In this document: in pieces, positions 11,568 through 21,473 of the stretch
Numbering within the stretch: the stretch's first letter is position 1
Layout of the letters: each line of letters opens with the position of its first letter
NCBI GenBank assembly: GCA_013115145.1
Contig: JAAPAO010000154.1
Location: forward strand, 1-60,539
Direction: 5' to 3'
Length of the DNA: 60,539 bases
DNA from: Perkinsus chesapeaki ATCC PRA-425
Taxonomy: Eukaryota > Protista > Perkinsozoa
Made by a program: the position numbers and the translations under genes
Notes under the pieces: generated by a model
Database searches by the model: none
Seen by the model: the letters and a program-made list of their open reading frames with translations, nothing else
Told to the model about the DNA's origin: nothing

Positions 11568-12394
11568 TGCTCAATAAACGGAAAAAAGTTACGGACATCA
11601 GTCCTGCCAAAAGCCGTATCACACACGCCTCTCCAGGGTGTCAATGCTAGACGACAGTCTTCTACTGTAGTAGTCTACTACTACTAGTTGATGCACGAGT
11701 TTAGAAGCTCTATAGCCAACCGTTGTCGACGGTCACTCAGTGACCGATTGAGATATGTTTGCAGATAGCCTCATGTGACCGTCACTTGGGGCTATCCGGA
11801 AACCCCGAGAGGGCACAGCACTGCCCAAAGCTCTGCTCAGAGCAGACTGCTCTGGTCGTAGTTCTTTATGCAAGACTAACGGGTGTAGTTGACATGAAAA
11901 GACGTAATTGTAATAAATTTGAACTAATCAAATAGGTTCGATGATTTAACTTCAAGTTCGACTCAAGCTTCCTGAGGGCATTTCAATGCCCAGTCTTACT
12001 TTTCCCTTACTAATTTTCAGTGTTATTTTCATTTTCAATGATCATACACTTGCAAAAACAACCGCATCAATCACCCTTACTCTCTACCTTGCTCCTTCAA
12101 CCAACGAACCGAATCCATTAACTATGGAGCCTTATACCACACTCGCACCAACTGTTATCCATATCTACTCTACACAGCTGCTGTAGCAAAATGACCATCC
12201 ATGACCGCCGCTGATAGATGCCACAGACTCGAGCGGGACGCTCTCAAGGAGGCTGATGCCATTGTGTAATCAGTTCCCAGGGACCCTCCCTATTTAACAA
12301 ACCCAAGTCCAATTCTTCTGGGTGCGTACGTATCTTTTCAGTTAGTAAACCAGTAGAACCGTTACATCATTTGCTTCCAGCTCTCTTCAAGGAA

Positions 12395-14185
12395 TTAGTA
12401 ACGATCGCGAGAGCGTGAAGCAGAACGTCTGAGACGTGAACAAACACTCAAACACATCTATTCTGGCACAGCACAGCGTTCAACGGTTCCTACCTGCCAT
12501 ATGACGGGGATCTTCGACGGCTCCTTCCCTCATAGTAATCACGGCCACCCCTGAGACCAAGTACCAAACCCGACACAAAGCCTAGTTCCCTACCCGTATC
12601 GACCGCCGTATCGATCGCCGCCATAACCACCACGGCTGGGCCTCCCGCCTAATAAATGTTACCCTCGAATAAAGGCCAAAAAGCACAGCATTACCTCTGT
12701 ACTCATCATCTAACCTTCTCATGGTCCTAGGGGACTTCCGACGCTGCTTGGCAATCTCAACCTCTGAAAGTAGGGAACTTAATCAACAATGCTAACAAAT
12801 GAATATCTGATATAAGAATGGTATCATACAACTTGTATGAAATATAGTATATTGTTTGATACATGTATCATGACATGTATGATACAATTCTATCGGGAAT
12901 ATCGAATTGGGGAAGGCAAATCGAGTACTAAGCAAATTCGTATACTGTGTGGGGATCGTGTGTTAGAGTCTGCCCTTGGAACGAAGCCCACTTTGGCATT
13001 TATAGAGCCTAATTTTGCTCACAATGTCATCCTCACACTACCGGAAGAGTACTCCTAGCCATTACTACCAACGTAGTTGCTGCCCAACCTCTGACCATCC
13101 ATAGCGTCTCGAGCCTCATCAGCGTCTCTGGGATCCTCAAACTCGACGAATCCAAAGCCACGAGGCCTCTTGCTGTAATAATCGAGAGGGATATAAACAT
13201 CTCGAACATAACCAAAACGCTCGAAGGCATCACGGAGCCTCATTGGGTTGATATCGTCAGGCTGAAATAAACAAATGAAGACTCGGACGAAACCAACGGG
13301 AACAAATGGGTATGAATGGTTACATTTCACGTGTCGTTGGTAAATTGAATCCCAAGTTATTGATCGTTACTACAATAGATGCTTATAAAAGACATTCATC
13401 CCTCCTTGCAAGCCTCTGAGGCTGAAACACAATAGCGAATGATGATATGCGATATGCTAATTCTGATCACTTTACCGTGAAATATTCACTTTCAATCGAC
13501 CTGCCCATTGGGCAATGCCCAACAAACTCGAACGCACTGTACATTGTTAACCAACGTTTGCATCTCAACCAAGGTCCATACGGCGACTCGGTGAGGCGAC
13601 TATTTATAACGAATATATAATGATATAGAAATATCATAAACCCTCGTGATACTTACAATATTCCTAACCAACAGACTGCATGATCCCTCTCGAGCTCCGC
13701 CCCGTCCGCCGGGTGTGCGCGATCGACTGCGTTCCCTTCTGCCACCTTCTTGACGACGCGAATCCGATTGCGAGCGACCTGTAAACTAATTTCGTGGCGC
13801 AGCGGTCATATATCCTCCTACCTCTACCCCTTTCACTACGAGATCTCGATCTAGCACTTCGGCTTTCACCGCGTCGACGACTGTATGGGCTTCTACTGCG
13901 GCTGCGATCAGAGCCGTCACGACTTCTACTGTCACCCCTCCTCGGAGATCTTTCCGATGCCTCGCTGGCGCTTTTATGCCCCTCCGACACACTGCGCTCC
14001 CTCACTGGACTCTCCCTCTTATCAACAACCTCCTCCTTCTCCACTTTTTCGGGACTCTCCTCTGGTTTGTCCTCCCTCGTGGGAGTCTGGGATCGACTAC
14101 CGCTTCTCCTTCGCTCCGCCCCATGAGAGCGTGAGCTACTTTTGGAATATGATCTAGAACGACTACGACTGGCGGAACTTGCCAT
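12395..14185 (-). CDS. SR splicing factor of the SCL/SRSF10 type, with a long N-terminal RS region, a single RRM and a C-terminal RS/RGG tail
   Basis: MASSASRSRSRS... then GSCSLLVRNI|PDDINPMRLRDAFERFGYVRDVYIPLDYYSKRPRGFGFVEFEDPRDADEARDAMDG...VEIAKQRRKSPRTMR, ending RSASRSRDRY*. Confidence 0.88.
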
Positions 14186-14430
14186 AATATGAACAACAAC
14201 AATGTAACGGTATCTGCAACTCGATACTTTCCCCGATAACACAGCACAAATCCTTCCAAGAAGTAACACTGAATTTAACACCGTCATGCGACATGTCCCT
14301 CATCCCTGCTGAGCAATCCTCTGGTCGTTCTCCCCGTCAACTATCGGTTCCGGCGGATGTGCCGTCGCTCCGACCAGCTCCAACTAACCACACAAAATAC
14401 CTCTACGAACTCTAGAGTAGCCGCACCGCG

Positions 14431-17160
14431 CTAGTCTCGCTCTCCTGGTCGGCGCATTGTTGCAAAAGCGTTTCGTGGTCGTCTATAATCTACACGATCA
14501 AAGGAAAATACGGTATGCACGCATGCACAAGCTCCACCCTCCACTACACTTCTGACTATCTCCTTCGCCTCATAAAACATATCCATCTCTCCATTAGCCT
14601 CAATGAACTGCCACACATACGCCTTATGATAAAACAACTGAGACATCAGCCATCTCCGTCACTCGCCACGAAATTCCCAGACTACCTCTAAGAACTTCTT
14701 GTACTGCCTCAAGAACATGGTTCTAACAGCAGTGGTGTTGGCCAGAAGACACCCTTGTCGGTCGCTGGGGGCCATACAAGGCTTGCCATCCCCTCCAGTG
14801 GGGATAGTCGGAGGGACACCCACCACACCAACTTTGAAGCCAGATTCTTATAAGACAGATTTATCAACTATAGCCTTTCCGATTCCTACGTATCCAAGGT
14901 AGAAATCTGAGCGCTGCTCGATAGCTCGCCTTGGGGTTACAAAGACCATTGATAGCTTGCATGGCATCAACCTAGGACAACGGAGCCGATCGAACGAGGG
15001 CGATAGGAACGCTTACGGCCTGCATTGGCGGACCAACACCATTGGATCCTTTAGTATAGCGGGGATCAGTACCTCTTGAAATGCGCTATCCAGGAATCGA
15101 ACCAGGGACCTCCTACCTCAACAACACGCAAACACTGAGGTAGCGATTGAGCCGCAGCGTCGGCCCAACATCGCACAGAAAGCTCTTTGGCTCGAAGAGG
15201 TCAACAACAATATCTTTCGTGGAGAAAGATTCATGCCTGAACCTAAGATTCTAATACCAGCTCACCTTCCCGTTACCTATGCCGAGAAGCATGTCGCACC
15301 GGCGAAAGAGAAATAATAGGATATCGATACACCGGCGTTGGAACCTATATTAGTTCACAGGCTTACTCGACCCAGCAGCCCTACTATATTATTCACAATC
15401 TCCACCAGACTCGCGTTAATCATCGACTCGAATCGCAACGAAGTCGTGCAAGCCGATACGACTTGCGAAATTAATCTGTTGAGGTGGTAGAATGTCTGCA
15501 AGGAAGTAAATTGTGCGATTATTCGAGAGTTGGGACTGACAGGATTCTTCACAGTGAGTTGATCTCGACATATCTTATAGGCTGCTTGATTGTCCAGCAT
15601 CAGTGATAGGTCACAAACAGACTTGCTATACGCGGTAGCGAACAAGCAATTGTAACTGATAGAGACAGTTCAACCTTGTGACCCTCCACAGATCCCCTAC
15701 GGTTCGACGGCCGAGCTGCTATAATCCGCGCTGGGATACAATACAGGCTCAAAGATAACCTGAGATTAGCTAAGAGCCGCTTTTGATCCGCTGGGTCAAC
15801 GCGAGTGGGCCACGAAAAAAGGTGAATTCTTCGATATGTCAGGTTATAGAGGTACAATGGTTCCCATTGAGGTAAAAGCACGGGCTCTCCGAAAACCTCC
15901 AAGGCCCCCCTACACCAACTTCATAGAAGTGAAATTTATCCTATCAAAAGGTATAGCTTGCTGTTAATTTCATTCGCCACGAGCCTTGCGTATTACCTTC
16001 TTTTCGAACTGCTCCCTCAATGCCTCCAGAAACTCGCAGCCGATTCCAGAACCAGTACCACCACCAAACGAACGGAAAGTCTAAACGATACAGTAATACC
16101 GACAAGTCCCGAGGAAGATTCCTACAAAGAATCCAGCAAGATTGGAGCATTTATCAGCTTCCTTCCTCAACCTGTCTATCATCTCATCTACTATATGAAA
16201 CCTACGCAGGGAAAGAGCAACGGACAGCTAAAGGCTTCTTATCGAACTTCAGCTAACTTTCAGAAAACGGAACCCGACAAACCCAACATGTGTTGAAGAA
16301 ACACACACAACCGACAAAAACACCTGTCAATTCTACAGTGAAGAGAGAAGCACCAAATTAACAAATGTTGTATTTTCTCCAGTCCTGGTGTGAAGCTATC
16401 TCCCATTTTTCTCAAGTTTCAGTACTTATTTCCATATCTTTCGGCTATTGCTATTAACTTTGCACAATTCGTTGATCTTACTCAATCGCTTGCGTTCGTC
16501 CCTCAAAAAAGTTGCTACGGCAGTCCTGCTTATATGCCATAACCTGCTCCGGACTATACAGGTAACGCCACTTGGACCGAGGGCCCATTATTTCATGTTT
16601 CGAACCTGATCCCTGGTTCGATCCCTGGCAAGGGCATTATTATATCACTCGGATCTGTGTCCATAAACAGGGTGCGAGGAACATGCTGGCCTGCTGGTGT
16701 CTCGTGGAAGAATGTATTAAAGGGGTCTTCCATCGAGCCGATGGATTCATCGCCTGGCATTGTACCTGAAAAGCTGGCTACACTAAGACAATATTTTATA
16801 TAATAATCCAGTTACAATAACTCAATGTCTATCTGCTATTTAAATAGTATGTACGGGCAAAGGGAATCTTATAACGTATACGAGCAGTCTGTACAGCAGA
16901 TATTGCTTGTAAAGATCAAGTACATGGTATTAGTCTAATAAAGCTAAATACCATATGAGCCACAAGTTGGTTTCACAGCTCACAGTAAGTCCTTAAGGAA
17001 CATTCCACACTCTGAATGACCCTCTAGGAGGCACAGCCCAAGAATACTCCATGCTCCTACCGTCAGGCAGAATACCATGCTCCATACAGAACAGCTCCCA
17101 CACCTTCTGTCCGACTGCGCACCCTGCCTGACCAAGATGGCAGGTTATCACTTCACGCAT
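14431..17160 (-). CDS. TUBA: Divergent alpha-tubulin paralog, multi-exon
   Basis: [13 protein letters not shown]...[91 protein letters not shown]: collinear with alpha-tubulin throughout. Confidence 0.9.
15082..15116 (-). pseudogene. tRNA 3'-half-like fragment forming most of a 42-nt tubulin intron (sense)
   Basis: Intron GTAGG-AGGTC-CCTGG-TTCGATT-CCTGG-ATAGCGC-A-TTTCAAG; exact B-box GGTTCGATTCC. Confidence 0.65.
16607..16636 (+). pseudogene. tRNA 3'-half-like fragment inside a 43-nt tubulin intron (antisense)
   Basis: TGATC-CCTGG-TTCGATC-CCTGG-CAAGGGC-A; exact B-box GGTTCGATCCC. Confidence 0.6.
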
Positions 17161-17274
17161 CAGATATACTTCTGATAGAAAAACCATTCTTTTGCCCCGC
17201 ACTTCAACGCAACACTGAATGAGCAACACCATGAGACTAATTATTAACAGGCATTATCATGCCGTCGCAATCCC

Positions 17275-18342
17275 TTACTTCGTCGCTTCTTCATCTCCGG
17301 TCATCTCACCTGCACTATCCAGCTCAAGAGCCAGACTCAGCCGCCTCACCAGGAGCATCACGTCGATCTACCAAATGAACCACATTATTATCTCGCAAAG
17401 CCGGACAGTCCCGAAGCACGTACCTGAATGAAAAACAGAAACAGGGAGCTCACCAAGGAGCTTACTCATTCTTCAGCTCCTCTCCCGAGTGCAGTAATAT
17501 CTGCTCTTCAAGAGGTACACCTGATCAGTAAAAACGTACGATGTTTTACACCACCTTATCCTCGAAGGGAAAACAGATGGGGGACAGGCTTGTCACAGTC
17601 GAATTTTCGGGGCCCTTCTTTTCCATATTGCTTAGCCAGGTCCCAGGAGAGTCGAATTTTCGGAGCCGTTCTCTTAGGTCTCAGGTTCTCTCAGGTCCCA
17701 GGAGAGGAGTTACTATTCCGGAGCAAAATCCGGCGGAAATGTAAGATTCCCGCCTCGGTTTCTTGAAGCTCACTTGCCTGTCTTTTTCATAGTATACTTC
17801 TTCAGCATCGACACTTTGTCATTTTGGCTTATTTCAACCCACACTGTAGCAGCTGTCTTCACATTTACCACAAACAGAGTCAATGGGGGAAGCGGCGGCG
17901 GTATTACTTCCACTGGCATTTGAAATACAACTTCCGAGCTATCATCCCCCACGGGAGCACACAACACTCTGTAAAGAAACATACGAACCGGATAACGGAA
18001 TTTGTTACAGGTTAAACTCTCAGTGGACATAAGGAACCTTAGTTGGCATTTAGTAAATACTCAACCGACCGAGAAAGGCAGCGCAAACAACAGTTGGAAC
18101 GATGACAGTCCTAACGGGTTGCGCAATAATTATTGAGAGGAGAAATTAATGAGGTGTCATAGTATAGAGGATGCAGCGCCGCATGGAGCGCTGTCGACAG
18201 GAACAACAATAAATACAAGGAGCCGGTAGTAATAGTCAGATGGGAAAAAGCGACAACAGTAGTGGCCAATAGGATAACTAAAGACGACTGTCAAAGTCCC
18301 CCAGACAAAGGACTTTGGACCTATTGGTGCCGCTAGTGGCAT
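17275..18342 (-). CDS. Hypothetical protein with a C-terminal ubiquitin-like domain, multi-exon
   Basis: LTLFVVNVKTAATVWVEISQNDKVSMLKKYTMKKT|GVPLEEQILLHSGEELKNE matches the ubiquitin-fold pattern (TV..LK..I...GIP..QQ.L.F.G..L); start MPLAAP at 18342. Confidence 0.5.
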
Positions 18343-18439
18343 CGAGGCTGCTGCTGCCTAGAATATATAAAACAAACAACGTCGTCGTCCGGTAAATCAA
18401 GATTGGATACACAAGTTAGTACCAACAATGACTGTCGAC

Positions 18440-19602
18440 GACGAGGTGGGAAAAGATAACCATTTCAGTGAAAGTTGAAAAGCTCGGTAGTTGGGCTTGA
18501 AGTCCGCATCATCGCATTTGCACCTCCTCGAAGCATGCGCTTACTTTGAGCCCATAAGCATGTGAGGGCAACGGTGGTTAGTAGAATACAAGAGCACCAC
18601 GTCTCTCAGGGAAAAACTATTGATCAGAGATCGCAAGCTCCCCCTGAACGTGACGATTGCCGCATTGTAATTGAAGAAAGCAGGAACACAATACAATGGC
18701 AAAACGAATACGATTCTGCTCCAGTAGGAGCTAGTACTGCGATAGAGAGGATCAGAAACCACGAAACGCATTCGCACGCACAGACAATCTCGATGATGCT
18801 GATGATGCGTAAAGAGACGAAAAGATCAGCAACACCAGCAATGACGGTGGTCTTGATGTGACCTACAAGAACTTATTGTCAACAGTCCGCGCTTGTGGCA
18901 GGATTGGGTAGTGTGTAAGGATAGGGAAACGAAATAGTTATGGAACAAGTAACCAACCTTGGACGACAACAATAATAACCAGAACAACAGAGAAGCAGCA
19001 GCAGCAGCAACAACTAGGGCAGTAACGAGAATGATTATTTTAATGCCTATGATGGTGATTGAGTAGATTGATAGGAGGATATCCACTTATACCAGAGATT
19101 TATCATAATGGTCCATGTGATAGGCCCAAATAATGCCACTGGTAATCAGTTTGCTGAATTGTCCTCCTTTCTTGACTCTCATCTAGACGAGATAAACTTA
19201 GTAGACAGTATTGGTAATAGTATTAGTAGTTCAGTATGAAGGCGAATCGTAACTTCAACAATAGCAAAAAGGAACGACAATATCAACAGCAAGTAACCGG
19301 ATAGTGGGATTTACTATAACAGTATCGAATATGCCACTGATGCCGCTACGATCATCGACTTCGGAGGCTCCTTTTGTGAAGCGAAAAATGCGGAGTCGAT
19401 CAAGATTGAAAGAAGCGACATCAGAGGAAATACGACTACAACGATGACTAGGACGAGCACAGATCCTCATAATGATGAGTGATGGCTGTTGTTGTTGCTG
19501 CGGTGATGGTGATGATGATGCTGTTTGAGCTTGGTACAGTAGCAGCACCCTGGCGGTTGAAACAACACCATAAAAAACAGAAACTATGGCTGCCGCGGCC
19601 AA
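18440..19602 (-). CDS. Possible hypothetical membrane protein, structure unresolved
   Basis: Hydrophobic ORF blocks 19255-19602, 18826-19086 and 18541-18777 with GT-AG flanks; no family recognised. Confidence 0.25.
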
Positions 19603-19745
19603 TCTACCACAAGCTTATACAGAATTTCCGGCACCAATATTGTCGCTGGTAAGACTACTTCTCACGTGATGACAGCGATGAGAAGATAAACAATGAAGAA
19701 CGGCGAAATAGAGAAGACCGTGAAGAAGAGGAATGAGACGACACT

Positions 19746-20891
19746 TTACATGCCATCAAAAGTCTCCACCTTTATGGAAGCCTCCGGTTCAACGATTTGT
19801 TCGCTACCAAGTGCACGAGCAAGCATTGCATCAGTTGGCTGACGGAATACGACGAATCCAGTCTTAGGTGGGACTCCACGACGAGCGGTGCATCTTGCTT
19901 TGAGAGGCAGCATAAGAACGTGCTCAACTGCTCCGTCGTGACCAAGTACAGTATCAAAGTAAGCCTTAAGCTTAAGACTACAACGAGCCCCTAGCTTATG
20001 GCAACGCTTAACCATCAACACTCGAGCCTGACATTCAGCTTCATCTTGAGGAAGCAACATCTTAACATCACCCAAAGCCATAACACCACAAATGCTTGGA
20101 GTCCCATCAGGCATCTCACAAATCTCATCGATCTGCATAAGGTCCTTTGATCCAGGAATAGATACCAGATCATTAGTTCCAGGCAGAACAGGGTTGAAGA
20201 AGCTGGTTACAGTAACACGAGAACCCAGGCGGCCCGGAGTGCACAAGTAGTCGGCCTCCTCTTCAGTTCGCATAACAGCCACACACACGGCACAACGAAT
20301 GTCATTTAGACTGGTTGAAGTTGGACTTATAACCAATAGAATACGACTGGCATTACTGAGCTGATCAATAATCCAATTTGCAGACGGTGGCATAGACATC
20401 AATCTTGCATGTACGGCAAGCATAACCCTCTTGTTCGTAGACGATTCCAAAAGGGGACGAACCGCGTCCGTTAAGGACTCTTCATCAGCAAAGAAAGACA
20501 GGTCAGGAGTAGCGAGATCACCAAGCGGCAGAGTAAGTCCAGTAGAGGGCTTCGTAGCGTTATCGGCTGTGGTGCTGATGCTGCTGACACTATCTTCCAA
20601 GTCCTGCAAAGAGGTCTTGAGGTACTCAGACGCCGCTAGTAGGTCACTTTCTTTAGGACTCTGGCAACGGTCGAAGTCGAAAAGAGAAGAGTCCAGGTTG
20701 AAGCTGCCAGAGCTGACGGCACTCTTAGATCCATCGGCAGCAGTACTGTTGCTGACAGGGGACGATCCTTTACATGATGGCGACAGAGGCGACGACGGCA
20801 ACCTCAGCTTGAGCTGAGAATCGCCGAGGGACTGCGTAGTCGAAATGACCGAGTCTGCCGCAATCGTTGGAGAATTAGAGAGAAATTCCAT
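19746..20891 (-). CDS. Single-exon protein with a Ser-rich N-terminus and a C-terminal RRM-like domain of the dinoflagellate/apicomplexan type
   Basis: Uninterrupted ORF of about 380 aa; C-terminus VLMVKRCHKLGARCSLKLKAYF...VEHVLML...KTGFVVFRQPTDAMLARALGSEQIV...IKVETF. Confidence 0.6.
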   Translation of the reverse strand: MEFLSNSPTIAADSVISTTQSLGDSQLKLRLPSSPLSPSCKGSSPVSNSTAADGSKSAVSSGSFNLDSSLFDFDRCQSPKESDLLAASEYLKTSLQDLEDSVSSISTTADNATKPSTGLTLPLGDLATPDLSFFADEESLTDAVRPLLESSTNKRVMLAVHARLMSMPPSANWIIDQLSNASRILLVISPTSTSLNDIRCAVCVAVMRTEEEADYLCTPGRLGSRVTVTSFFNPVLPGTNDLVSIPGSKDLMQIDEICEMPDGTPSICGVMALGDVKMLLPQDEAECQARVLMVKRCHKLGARCSLKLKAYFDTVLGHDGAVEHVLMLPLKARCTARRGVPPKTGFVVFRQPTDAMLARALGSEQIVEPEASIKVETFDGM

Positions 20892-21473
20892 TACGGAGAA
20901 TAAGAAATAACAACTACTATCACTACAATACATCTACCACCTCTAACAACCTAAATCACCCACTACACCTATAATAAGCAGAACCCTCAAATCCCTGTTA
21001 AGACGCTACTAGAGACAACATAACACCTTCTTAACAACCATCACACAATACAAGCTAAAGGCACTACCTTCGACAAACAGCAAAAAAGCTATCGTCCCTT
21101 CACACAGTCTATCCAGCCTCCTCCATACTACTAAAACACAAGACAGTAAATATACATAATAACACCGTCATGCTATAAGGCTGCTAATCGACCTTAATAG
21201 TATCAACCAACACAACTGTTAACAACACAGGGACAGCCAAGCTGCACGCGTGCACAAACCACAAACGCAAAAGTGGCAAGGAGCTCCCCTTCCGCCGAAA
21301 ACGCCATAATTAGGCTTTTTAGGCAGATTTCCTATTGGTGTGGCCTCACCTTTGCCAAGTAAGAGAAATGGCTCAACTAAAAGGGGTATTTCACGTATAG
21401 ATACCATAGCGAAAACCTTAGTGAGGCCAACAGCGGTCAAGCAGCCGCGTAACACAAAACCTGTCTCCCTGAA

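Noticed and set aside
11930-11992. Two GTTCGA words followed by GAGGGCA-TTT, tRNA-like at first sight
   Set aside because: No T-stem pairing and wrong spacing to the acceptor-like end.
15082-15160. Full-length intron-containing or permuted tRNA gene on the minus strand
   Set aside because: The would-be 5' half is tubulin coding sequence ([15 protein letters not shown]) with no D-arm; the downstream CGCTAT match is not followed by a D-arm either. Only the 3' half is kept as a finding.
17132-17141. GCCATCTTGG, resembling the Perkinsus/dinoflagellate spliced leader core
   Set aside because: It lies in conserved tubulin codons (CHLG) and lacks the rest of the leader.
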